A stretch of 64,000 nt of DNA from an uncultured Gammaproteobacteria bacterium (GTDB lineage: Bacteria; Pseudomonadota; Gammaproteobacteria; DRLM01), in NCBI GenBank assembly GCA_947259075.1, contig CAMYKQ010000038.1:18750-82749 (forward strand). The letters run 5' to 3'. Of this stretch, positions 54,601 to 61,314 are shown in pieces. How positions within the stretch are numbered: position 1 is the stretch's first letter; each line of letters starts with the position of its first letter. A program made the position numbers and the translations under genes. The notes beneath the pieces are model-generated. The model did no database searches, was not told the DNA's origin, and saw only the letters and a list, made by a program, of their open reading frames with translations.

Positions 54601-54780
54601 AACGACCGTGGTGACGGCGGCGTTTTCAGCGGTGACGCTGATTTGTCCCGAGGAGAGCAGGGTGACGCTGCCGCCACCGGGGTCGGTGGCTTCGTTAGTC
54701 GCGGTGCCCGCGCCATGGGCAAAGAGGGACCACAACAGCCCTGCTATGCACAAAAGGCCGGCGCGCATGCGTTGCGGCAT
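45694..54780 (-). CDS. Giant (~3030-3060 aa) secreted multidomain cell-envelope protein. Domain order: signal peptide, DUF11-like N-module, Calx-beta domains, 4 tandem 116-aa repeats, Big_1, DUF11, SdrD-B-like, internal OmpA-like peptidoglycan-binding domain, Ig-like domains, and a ~865-aa C-terminal beta-rich (barrel-like) domain.
   Basis: Probable start MPQRMRAGLLCIAGLLWSLFAHGA (signal peptide). Calx-beta motifs (VNDALDEDGETVVVTM, DDALDESDETVVINL). OmpA-like segment FPEEKVVIEGHTDSIGSDEANLRLSQERAEAAARYL...NRRVEI at about 49130-49430. Alternating-hydrophobic C-terminal 865 aa ending WFLRLQGTY. Confidence 0.8.
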   Translation of the reverse strand: MPQRMRAGLLCIAGLLWSLFAHGAGTATNEATDPGGGSVTLLSSGQISVTAENAAVTTVVAEIDPAAVPAASSGINFTYDVLPAINPGNTGIDQIAITAPAGYGGLSVTGVSLGGGAQTASGSCPAPAAGEYCAGVAGQVMTIRLGSKVSVTGTNIKISFNADAPGALGSGNFTSTVDDTGTGSIAAQATTAGNADGDAADANTQGVTVLPQVSFTAASQSGAENAGTLTITAQLSQVSAQNVSLPFTLGGTANNPADYTITASPLIISAGSLSADITVTVVNDALDEDGETVVVTMGTPVNAFAGGTTVHTATITDDDPAPSVSFAAAAASGAESVTPVNITVALSAASSKTVTVDYAVNGASSASGGGIDYTLANGTLTFNPGETSKVISLAVNDDLIAEGNETVMIDLANPSNASLGATPQQVYTVNDNDAAAVTISESGGATNVNETGPSSDSYTLVLATQPAANVTLTVTPDAQVDLGGGAGTAVVLSFTPLNWNLAQSVTVTAVDDASAEGPHNSSITHSANSADAAYNGLVIANVLVNISDNDVPGVTLNESGGVTTASEGGAGDSYTVVLNTAPSANVTVSVTPDAQVDLGAGAGTAVVLSFTPLNWNSAQTVNVTAVDDAIAEGPHSATITHGAASADLNYNALAIPTITVNIADNDTPGVTLSESGGGTSVAETGPGSDSYTVVLNSAPSANVVITVTPDAQVDLGAGAGTAVALSFTPLNWNNAQTVTVTAVDDASAEGPHGAVITHAAASADLNYNALAIPNIVVSISDNDLPGVTFNESGGATTASEGGAGDSYTVVLDSAPGANVVITVTPDAQADLGAGAGTAVALTFTPLNWNNAQTVTVIAIDDAIAEGPHSASITHGAASADLNYNALAIPNITVNVSDNDTAVINFAAASANGDEAFTPVSVNVTLSTASTQIITVNYSIDAAGTASGGGVDYTLASGTLTFNPGDTLKAISLAVNDDALDESDETVVINLSAPVNAILGATPQHSYTLNDNDAAPSAAFAAAGGNALENIPSALITVTLSAASGLPVSVDYGVDPASTATGGGVDYTLASGTLIFNPGETSKDISLAIIDDADTESNETVVVNLSNPLNATLGAIAQHVHSIDNDDNANAVTAAVGEITPASVVVGATGIAFTFDVLPAINPGDSGVDLLSVTAPTGFMGLAITGFSVNGGALAAACPAPAAGQYCASISGATMSVKLGAKLSASGNLQLRFSANAPLVSGASVFSATVDDSATPAAPQAVSAGDADGDPGDGNGLAVSTVFGVDPLASIVTAQPLIVIADGSAASTLSATLIDTSGLRVPGKTVVFDSDRGALDTITQAGAPTGADGSAIAQIRSNTIGVATLRATDISDNIVLLTQPKVYFTQGRVLDITKLANKDEVVIGDVVTYTLIIKNITDKDVLQVKLHDALPPNFKYVPGSTRLNGALAPDPAGHRPLIFGLGTLLARVDSNGNGSADPGEQGYTTLSYQLIVGAGATPREYVNTVYALDVCDVCYISNNAEARVSVTLDPVFDLGTIIGKVFQDPNRNGKQDQGEKGVSGAMVVLDNGSYALTDEHGRYHFPAVKPGPRALKINLQALDAGAEVTTEEITVVNITPGLLAKANFGVIYQHEVEIIGRAANHGLRAQTELGEKPASVFGSVEMLTALVNGYSLALPNGDIKLGLTSVDDLININSGKLEQPLRLSVNIDSKAKVNAWLFTVNNAAHQTVRTLRGEGAPPPVIEWDARDDHGDLLEGGEIYEYQLELDYADDGVARSARRLVGVNRSSAIAVNLTGGAFELGSSQLSPAARQALRESSALLLRFPEEKVVIEGHTDSIGSDEANLRLSQERAEAAARYLMEEEDIPRERLVVRGFGSRRPMASNGLPEGRELNRRVEIKGLVGKVETISVTDQYRAEPGAVINGKTLPLQGGGVFQTQIEPASATEFDIQLTSAQDKSSLARIAVPSLNLPAGEVRVPYGARDDEQGYYADARDVVARAAPEEIVMGFRLHGRTEPGNIVQLDDRRLPVEAAGRFAADIKLKQGVNFFTLLLRNEANFTRVVDLKVKVSARDENGALYLLVQPVPRLAVNFPPKDAALTSPVLVVSGATEPGNKVSVNAKEVALQDDGRFSTTVTLPLGHSSIEVNVSDPAGNSGRISRDIEVRDSKLFLLAFADGKIGQMQAKGYVQGAGMDGASQFYSEGRIAYYLKGVIAGKYLVTSAFDSGTNELGDMFKDLDRAENDRLLTNIDPDKLYPVYGDDSTVVYDSESSGKFYLAVDSDELHAVIGNYPVNFTDTELATYQRTLFGGRLAYQSLARTQYGAPDTQVAVFSAAVRQMHVRDELRATGGSLYYLSHGDIIEGSEQVTLVVRDKDTGLVLSRQPQQQNTDYNIRYVEGRILFTRPLASTQADSRLVDRALLGGNPVSIEVDYETEAAFFEKSASGGRVRQQLNDHVAIGGTYVQDEGAAGQYQLQGLDTEIRLGKGTRLLAEMAQSEGSDGQSFYSDDGGLSFKETTPLDTSSGQAWKLAAEMDIGEWFGQANRYRMGAYMKRLGPGFISNGNSSEISSEKSGLNMSLQVSERDKVLLRQDQEKILSASGDSESSTTTAQLRHAAERWSATAEYQQKETSNAATGINDSSLMAAELRLRVTEKLTASIEQQFTLSGADNDQTGIGVDYSLSSALTLKAKGISGSLGQAAELGAEFNLDGNRLYLTQRLSRDMQNNGRNTTIVGAQSPLGRDGKVYSEYQWEVADQGDRNVSLIGAEQKWRLRRGLQLLLAAELGKIQAASGGSDRYAIATGLSYSHPRGLSASTRNELRRESGVQEREQFLSTNSAELKLDPDYTLLGKYRYSLSRDLDNDVVEAEFEESSLGLAYRPVASDRFNALARYTRQADQRPLSLGAGDMQNISRDIASIEWSLELTPALEWVDKLALRMKEERAGGRPSIATTTFLSINRLNYRIRPRIDLGAEYRLLSQQETDDQRQGWAADVMWRAMEHVRVGGGYNFTDFSDSEFSDNDYSVHGWFLRLQGTY
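52074..53475 (-). repeat. Four near-identical in-frame tandem repeats (~348-351 bp, 116-117 aa each) inside the giant gene.
   Basis: Protein units VT(I/L/F)(S/N)ESGG...TVTPDAQVDLGAGAGTAV.LSFTPLNWN.AQTVTVTAVDDA.AEGPH...ITH.A.SAD.NYNALAIPNI.VNISDND. The periodicity is also visible in antisense ORFs at 52163, 52511, 52862 and 53213. Confidence 0.85.
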
Positions 54781-54959
54781 GCGTGGATCGCCCATGGCGT
54801 GACGACTTCGCACTATGTGCTCATCGACGTTGCTGACATCGGGAACTAAGACGAATTCACGCGGGCCTGCGTGCAAACGCGGACGCGCGCCGTGGCGCGC
54901 CGTGCCCTAGCGTGAAATCATCCGAGCCGTGCCGGCATGTAAGCCGGCAAGGCCCGGTC

Positions 54960-55571
54960 TTAGTTCTTGACCGCCTGGAACATCAGCGCGAAGGTCTTGT
55001 TGGCGCCCAAGCTGACGCTGCTGTTGGCCTGACCCGTTACCGCGCCCACCGTGATGGTGCCCGCCACATGGGAGGCGAAGTCATCCGGAGCGCCGAGGGC
55101 GTCGGTTTGCGCCGTGCCGCCGTTAGCCGCGGTATAGAGGTTGGCGATGGTGGCGTTGTCGGCTTGAGCCGAGTCGTATTTCAGCGAGGCCGCCGTGTAG
55201 GTAAAGCCGGTGCCGCTGGTATCCAAGACGTCTTGGAAGCGGACGTCGGTCAAGGCGATCGCCGTGGCGTTACGCACGAAGATCATGAACTTGAGCGGTG
55301 TGCCGACCGGGACGGTCACCGAGGTGGCGCCACCGTTACAGCCGGCATCCGTCGGACTGCTGGCCAAGCAATTGCCGCTGGCGTCGTAGACTTGTTTCAC
55401 CAGCGCGAGCTGCGTGGAATTGACGGTAACGTTGCCTGATCCCGTCAAGCTCACGCCGCCGCCGCCCGGGTCGGTGACCGCGTTGGTGGCCGCCTGCGCG
55501 CCGAGCGTGAACAGGCTGGACAGCAAAGACAGCCCTATGACTAGGGATAGGCGCTTGAATAAAAATTTCAT
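54960..55571 (-). CDS. Small secreted DUF11-domain protein.
   Basis: Signal peptide MKFLFKRLSLVIGLSLLSSLFTLGAQA. LALVKQV...KFMIFVRNATAIALTDVRFQDVLDTSGTGFTY fits the DUF11 pattern. The mature N-terminus ATNAVTDPGGGGVSL is shared with the giant protein (ATNEATDPGGGSVTL). Confidence 0.65.
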   Translation of the reverse strand: MKFLFKRLSLVIGLSLLSSLFTLGAQAATNAVTDPGGGGVSLTGSGNVTVNSTQLALVKQVYDASGNCLASSPTDAGCNGGATSVTVPVGTPLKFMIFVRNATAIALTDVRFQDVLDTSGTGFTYTAASLKYDSAQADNATIANLYTAANGGTAQTDALGAPDDFASHVAGTITVGAVTGQANSSVSLGANKTFALMFQAVKN

Positions 55572-56333
55572 CTTCGTCTCCTCAATAAAACGGACCTATT
55601 GATCTGGGCCGCAGCCGGTCCGCTGAGCGGCTGCGCCAGGTGTTGGCCATCCTTTGCCGGTGACTTTCATGTCGTGACATTTCCTGAGCCCCTTCCAGGG
55701 CTGGACTTTTTTGGCGAGGACAAGAGCTTGAGCGAACGCGAACGCGTTATGACGGCGGGCGGAAGGGATGAGATTGCCCAGATAAACTGTGAGAGTGCTG
55801 TGTGGGTACTGCTTCGTTAGCACTGTTTGCTCAACTCGTTGTTCCCCGTACCCCTCGGGTGCTGCTCATAAAGCCAATCCCACTAAAATTACAAATCAAG
55901 TCGTTATGGTTTTTCGTGAGGCATGCTTGGGCCGGCATCGCGCGCTAAAGCGATGTGCCGGGGATTACAACTTGGTTTTGCCAAGCGGTAAGGCCGGTGC
56001 TTAAAACATGAACTCCGTCATGGAAAGATGTCGGCAGCAGGGGGGATTAATTGAGTGAAGTATGCAGGGGGTTGCTGGGGAGCGTATCTGCATAAGGCCG
56101 AAGTGAATTGAGGGCGCCATGCCACGGCTTAGCGTATTGGGGTAACGGGTTTGCGCGCGGGGGGCACCCCCCGCACCCGGAAAAATATTTGCCCGTCCGG
56201 CGGAAATACAGCCGTGCCGTATGGGGAGTAAGGCCGCCCTGCCGTGGCGGCTTGATGCGGTGTATTGCTGGGATGGTGGGTGCGGCGGTGCGGGCGTCAA
56301 TGCTTGCCGCGGCGCGTTCGACATCTTTTGAGC

Positions 56334-57257
56334 TTATCGCGGCGCGAATGTTTCGTAACTGTGTTCGATGAGGGCGCCGCTGGTCGCGCCATGCTCGGGA
56401 AAGGTGGCAAACCCCGCGATGATGATGACATGCCCGGTGGCAAAGGTTTCCTGTCCCGGGAACGCGTGCTGGTTGATTCTTGCCGTCAATCTATCGAGAA
56501 GCGCCAGCGCGCCGTCGATATTGGTTTCAGGCAGCAACAAGGCGAATTCGTTGTCAGCGTAGCGCGTCAGCGTGTCGGAAGTGCGGATGAAATTGTGCAA
56601 GAACTTACCCAGCGAATAAAGTAATAAATCACTGGCTTTGCTGCCATGCTGGGCTTGATAAGCGCTGAAATCCATGATGCCAGTAATGACCACGGAAAAC
56701 TTGCGTTCATAGCGTTGTGAACGGGAGAGCTCCATGGCCAATATTTCGTGAAAATGTTTTTTGTTGTGCAGTCCGGTGAGTTCATCGATGGTGGCGAGCC
56801 GGTGCAGCTTGCGCGTGACGTTATTCAGCCCGTCGGCGTGTTGTTTTACTCGGTCCGATAATAAGCGATTATCGTGCATCAGCTGGTATTTTTCCGCGGC
56901 GCGTTCGATGACGGTGACGATGATGCCGCTTTCGTCGGTGGGCACGGTAACGCAATCATAGGCGCCCGCTTCCAAGGCATGTTTGGCGATATTCAGCTGT
57001 ACGCGGTGTACGACCGCCACGGTTTGGGTGTTCGTTGAGCGCAAACGGACGTCTTGGATCAGGCGCAGGCCGCCCGCGCTGTCGCGCGTGGTGTTGATCG
57101 CGATAACCGCGAACTGAGTTTTTCTCAACATGCTCAGGGCTTGGGCCGCGTCCGTGGCGCGCATCACGTTGTGTCCGCGCTGGGTGAGCGCCGTGGAGAT
57201 TGAGCTGGCGACGGTTTCTTCGTCGTCGACAATGAGGATGTGCGCTGGATTGGACAT
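56334..57257 (-). CDS. Degenerate REC-GGDEF protein: pseudo-receiver and catalytically inactive GGDEF with a retained I-site.
   Basis: Receiver-like N-terminus ILIVDDEE, but the phospho-acceptor position reads VIAIN (Asn, not Asp) and the conserved Thr and Lys are lost. GGDEF motif replaced by RYADNEF. RTSD I-site retained. Confidence 0.7.
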   Translation of the reverse strand: MSNPAHILIVDDEETVASSISTALTQRGHNVMRATDAAQALSMLRKTQFAVIAINTTRDSAGGLRLIQDVRLRSTNTQTVAVVHRVQLNIAKHALEAGAYDCVTVPTDESGIIVTVIERAAEKYQLMHDNRLLSDRVKQHADGLNNVTRKLHRLATIDELTGLHNKKHFHEILAMELSRSQRYERKFSVVITGIMDFSAYQAQHGSKASDLLLYSLGKFLHNFIRTSDTLTRYADNEFALLLPETNIDGALALLDRLTARINQHAFPGQETFATGHVIIIAGFATFPEHGATSGALIEHSYETFAPR

Positions 57258-57288
57258 TCAGTCGTTACATTTGTAAATATTGTTTGGG

Positions 57289-58281
57289 TTATAGGTCATG
57301 GCTGTAGCCGGTCACTTTGTTGCGTCCTGAGCGTTTGGCGCTATACAGGGCCTTGTCGGCCTTTTCGATAAGGATGCCGGGTTCGTTGCCGTCATCGGGG
57401 AAGTTGGCCAATCCGATGCTGACGGTGATCTTGCCGCCGGGTTGGCATTCTCCCCCGTAGAACGCATGTTCCGCGATATGCTGGCGAAGATTGTTGGCCA
57501 AGATTAAGGCGCCGTCCTTCGTGGTTTCAGGAAGAATCAATACGAACTCCTCCCCGCCGTAGCGGGCCACGGTGTCGGATTGGCGCAGGCGATGGCTGAA
57601 TATGTCGGCCAGATTTTTTAATAGCTCGTCACCTTGCGGATGACCGTGAGTGTCGTTGTAGTGCTTGAATTGATCGACATCGATGAAGAGCAAGGAATAT
57701 TGGCGCTTATGGCGCAAGGCGCGCGCGTGCTCGATGCCGATGGCTTCGAAAAAATAGCGGTGGTTGTAGAGGCCGGTCAGACCGTCCTTAACCGCCAGTT
57801 CTTGCAAGACGTGATTGACCTTTTCCAGTTCGACATTGTGTTTTTTCAGGCGGCTGACCAGCAGCTTGTTGTCATGAATAAGCCGGATTCGTTCCACGCT
57901 GCGATTAATGACATTGGTCACGATCTCGAATTGTTCGAAAGGTTTAATCAGATAATCAGTCGCGCCGGCGCGCAGGGCGCACACCGCCGAATGCAGGGAG
58001 GCGTAGCTGGTTATGATGATGACTTGGGTGTCGGGCTCGCTGGCCTTGATTTTCTCCAGCACCTCCAGTCCGCTGATATTGGGCAGGCGGATATCGACCA
58101 GCACCAGCGGGTGGCGCCCTTGTTCGAATAAGGCTAAAGCGTGTTCGCCGTCGGCGGCCGTGGTGACTTTGTGGCCTTCATCCGTCAAGAGTTCTTCGAG
58201 GACGTTGCGCAGGCTTTCTTCGTCATCGATCACTAAAATATCGATACCGGAACTCATGTCATTATGGCCGGCATTATTCAT
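57289..58281 (-). CDS. Response-regulator diguanylate cyclase (REC-GGDEF).
   Basis: LVLVDIRLP receiver Asp. RQSD I-site. RYGGEEFVLILPE. Confidence 0.85.
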   Translation of the reverse strand: MNNAGHNDMSSGIDILVIDDEESLRNVLEELLTDEGHKVTTAADGEHALALFEQGRHPLVLVDIRLPNISGLEVLEKIKASEPDTQVIIITSYASLHSAVCALRAGATDYLIKPFEQFEIVTNVINRSVERIRLIHDNKLLVSRLKKHNVELEKVNHVLQELAVKDGLTGLYNHRYFFEAIGIEHARALRHKRQYSLLFIDVDQFKHYNDTHGHPQGDELLKNLADIFSHRLRQSDTVARYGGEEFVLILPETTKDGALILANNLRQHIAEHAFYGGECQPGGKITVSIGLANFPDDGNEPGILIEKADKALYSAKRSGRNKVTGYSHDL

Positions 58282-59279
58282 TTTTTTGGCGAAGACAGGC
58301 CGGGGTTCGAAGTCTCGGCCTTGATGACTTGATTTCGCCCCGATTTTTTTGCCTTGTAAAGCGCTTGGTCGGCTTGGTGAAGTACGCTGGAAGCGTCGTC
58401 GCCGTCTTCCTTGAAGGTTGAGACGCCGATGCTGGCCGTGAGTTTGCCGCCAGGCTGAGTTTCTCTGCCCGCGAAGGGATGATTCTCAACTTCTTCTCTG
58501 ATGCTTTCCGCCAGGATGGTGGCGCCTTCCTTGCCGGTTTCCGGCAGTAAGAGCACGAATTCCTCGCCGCCATAGCGCGCGGCGATATCGGAGGTGCGCA
58601 AGCGCTCGCGCAGCAGCTCGCCGAGCTTATGCAGCAACTGATCGCCCAAGGGGTGTCCATGGGTATCGTTGTACTTTTTGAAATAATCCACGTCGATAAA
58701 GATGAGTGAGAAGGGACGCTGGTGGCGCCGCGCGCGGGCGACTTCCATGGTCAGGGTTTCTTGAAAATAACGGTGATTGTACAGTCCGGTGAGGCCGTCG
58801 CGGATGGCGAGCTCCCGCAATACTTGGTTGACGTTTTCGAGTTCATTGTTGTAACTCTTGAGTTTCTCCACCAGCTGCTTGTTTTCGATGACGAGACGGA
58901 TTTTCTCGGTGGCGCGATTGACCACCGCGGAGATCAGCTCCAAGTCTTCAAAGGGTTTTATTAAATAGTCATAAGCGCCGGCGCGCAGCGCGTTCAAAGC
59001 GGTGTCGAGCGAGGCGTGGCTGGTCATGATGACGACTTGGGTCTCCGGATTTATTTCTTTAATTTTATTCAGAAGATCGATGCCGCTCATGCCGGGCATG
59101 CGGATGTCGGTGATGACCAGGACATAGTGGGATTGCGTGAAAAAGGTCAGCGCCTCTTCCGCGCTGGCTGCCGTGGTAACCGGATAACCGTCGTCGGTCA
59201 GCACCTCATGCAGTACTTCGCGCAGGCTTTCTTCGTCGTCCACGACGAGGATGGGCAGTGAATTCTTTTCACTCATCAA
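58278..59279 (-). CDS. Response-regulator diguanylate cyclase (REC-GGDEF), paralog of the downstream gene.
   Basis: VLVITDIRMPGMSG. RTSD I-site. RYGGEEFVLLLPE. 4-bp overlap with the next gene. Confidence 0.85.
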   Translation of the reverse strand: MMSEKNSLPILVVDDEESLREVLHEVLTDDGYPVTTAASAEEALTFFTQSHYVLVITDIRMPGMSGIDLLNKIKEINPETQVVIMTSHASLDTALNALRAGAYDYLIKPFEDLELISAVVNRATEKIRLVIENKQLVEKLKSYNNELENVNQVLRELAIRDGLTGLYNHRYFQETLTMEVARARRHQRPFSLIFIDVDYFKKYNDTHGHPLGDQLLHKLGELLRERLRTSDIAARYGGEEFVLLLPETGKEGATILAESIREEVENHPFAGRETQPGGKLTASIGVSTFKEDGDDASSVLHQADQALYKAKKSGRNQVIKAETSNPGLSSPKK

Positions 59280-59454
59280 GTCAGCCTCTTTACACGTGCC
59301 GCATCATTGCGGGCTACGAAAGGCGCCGCGGTGCTAGACGCGTTCGACGGCACATTCAGGGTGGACGCATCCATTGATGGATACTTACGTCGGAATAATC
59401 GTCATAATCCGGTATTTCTTGAGTGGGTAAATTCCCGTGGGACGCCAGATCCGT

Positions 59455-61314
59455 TCAGCCCGCGGCGGCGCGCGCGTCAACCTCCTTGGGCGAGACCGTG
59501 GCCGGCAGGGTGATGACGAAGCTGGCACCCTGTCCCGGCTCGCTTTCGATATGAATCTCGCCTTGGTGATCGCGGATGATGCCATAGCTCACCGATAGCC
59601 CCAGGCCGGTGCCTTTGCCGACCGCCTTGGTGGTGAAGAAGGGCTCGAAGATCTTGGCTTGAATTTCCTTGGGGATGCCGGGGCCGGTGTCGCTCACGCG
59701 CACCTCGAGCTTATCGCCGTCCAGCAAGCGCGTGCTCACGGTGACCGAACCGTTCTTGCCGTCCATGGCCTGTTGGGCGTTGATCATTAAATTCATCAGC
59801 ACTTGCTGCAGCTGATTGCCATTACCCATGAATTTGGGCAGGTCCGGCGTGAGCTCTTTGTTGAGCTTGACCTGGTTGATGGTGAGCTGGTGATCGACGA
59901 TGGCGCAGGCCTCGCTTACCACGTTATTGAGCTCGGTGATTTCCATCGCCACTTTTTCCTGACGGGCGAACCTCATGAGATTTTCGATGATCTCCTTGCA
60001 GCGTTTGGTCTCTTTTTCGATGAGACTCAAGTGCCGGTACACGGGGCTTTCCTTGTCGACCTTGCGCATCGACAGTTGCGCGTAGCCGAGGATGCCCGCC
60101 AGCGGGTTCTTCACCTCATGGGCGATACCGGCGCTGAGCTGGCCGAAGGCGGACATTTTTTCCGACTGCACCAGCGCGGCCTGCGCCTGTTTGAGTGCCT
60201 CCTCGCGGCTGTGCAGCTCGGTGGCCATGTGATTGAAGCTGTGGGCGAGCTCACCCATCTCGTCATTGCTGGTGATGTCGACGTGGATATCGAATTTACC
60301 CTGCCCGACCTCGCGGGCGGCGAGGGAGAGCTGTTCCACCGGCCGGGTGATTTGCCGCGACCAAAACAGGCTCATGAGCGCGGAGAGGACCAGCAGACCC
60401 AAGCTGACGCCGGTTAAGTTGTTGAGCAATTCGCGCGCGGTCAAATAGGCGGCGGATTTGGGTATCTGCGTGCCCAGCACCATTTTCGACACCTCGACGC
60501 GGGCGAAGGCGCCCACCATCTCGTTGCCGTTGGCGAGGTATTCCAATGAACTGGCCGCGGTTTGGCCTTTTATCAAAGGTTCCAGCGCGCGCAGGGTGTC
60601 CAAGGGCAGCCAGTCCAGCGGCGCGCGGGCGCTGACGTGTTGCGGCTCGCGGCTGACGAGAATGTTTCCGGCGTTGTCGACGATGAAGATCTCGAACACG
60701 CTGGTGCGGTCCGCCACCCGCAGCAAGGCGTCCATTTTAATGGTGGCGGCGGCGATGACGGGCGCTTCGGTGTCGGTCAAGGCCACCGGCGTGGCGAGGA
60801 CGAAGGCCGGGAGTTTATCGTTGAGGGTGGCATTGAACACGAAAGGCCGTTCCGTGGTGATTTTGTCGAAGGGCAGCGGGTTGGCGTCGCGAAAGGCTTG
60901 CAGGTCTTGTTTGGCGAGCCCCGCGCCCTGCAGGCCGCGGGCGTCGAACACCGTGGCTTGTTCAGTTTTGTTTTGATAGAGCGTGACGGCGATGAATTCC
61001 GGGAAGTCTTCGAACAGACCCTCCAGTAATTTGGCCTTTTCCTGTTGCGGCAGGAAGGGGTCGTACATCACGCGGCCGAAGACCTGTAAGCGCTCGTTAT
61101 ACCCTTGCACGATGGAGTTCACCTCTTCCGCGGCGTGCACCGCCACCAAGGAGGTCAAGTCACGAATATAGGTGCGCTTGTCGCTGTGAAACAGATTGGC
61201 CATGGTGAAGGTGATGACGCTCACCACGATGGTAATCACCACCAGCAAGGACAGCAGGATTTTGAAGCGCAGCGGAATGCGCAGGCCGCGGCGTGGCGTG
61301 GTAACGGCGCTCAT
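59455..61314 (-). CDS. Sensor histidine kinase with a periplasmic (Cache-like) domain, HAMP, HisKA and HATPase.
   Basis: TM1 ILLSLLVVITIVVSVITFTM. ~270-aa periplasmic region. TM2. HAMP. H-box SEKMSAFGQLSAGIAHEVKNPLAGI. G-boxes DTGPGI and GKGTGLGLSVS. Confidence 0.85.
   Translation of the reverse strand: MSAVTTPRRGLRIPLRFKILLSLLVVITIVVSVITFTMANLFHSDKRTYIRDLTSLVAVHAAEEVNSIVQGYNERLQVFGRVMYDPFLPQQEKAKLLEGLFEDFPEFIAVTLYQNKTEQATVFDARGLQGAGLAKQDLQAFRDANPLPFDKITTERPFVFNATLNDKLPAFVLATPVALTDTEAPVIAAATIKMDALLRVADRTSVFEIFIVDNAGNILVSREPQHVSARAPLDWLPLDTLRALEPLIKGQTAASSLEYLANGNEMVGAFARVEVSKMVLGTQIPKSAAYLTARELLNNLTGVSLGLLVLSALMSLFWSRQITRPVEQLSLAAREVGQGKFDIHVDITSNDEMGELAHSFNHMATELHSREEALKQAQAALVQSEKMSAFGQLSAGIAHEVKNPLAGILGYAQLSMRKVDKESPVYRHLSLIEKETKRCKEIIENLMRFARQEKVAMEITELNNVVSEACAIVDHQLTINQVKLNKELTPDLPKFMGNGNQLQQVLMNLMINAQQAMDGKNGSVTVSTRLLDGDKLEVRVSDTGPGIPKEIQAKIFEPFFTTKAVGKGTGLGLSVSYGIIRDHQGEIHIESEPGQGASFVITLPATVSPKEVDARAAAG

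Noticed and set aside
56001-56324. 107-aa minus-strand ORF in the spacer between the degenerate GGDEF gene and the DUF11 gene.
   Set aside because: Pro/Arg-rich, with no motifs. It sits in a likely promoter region.
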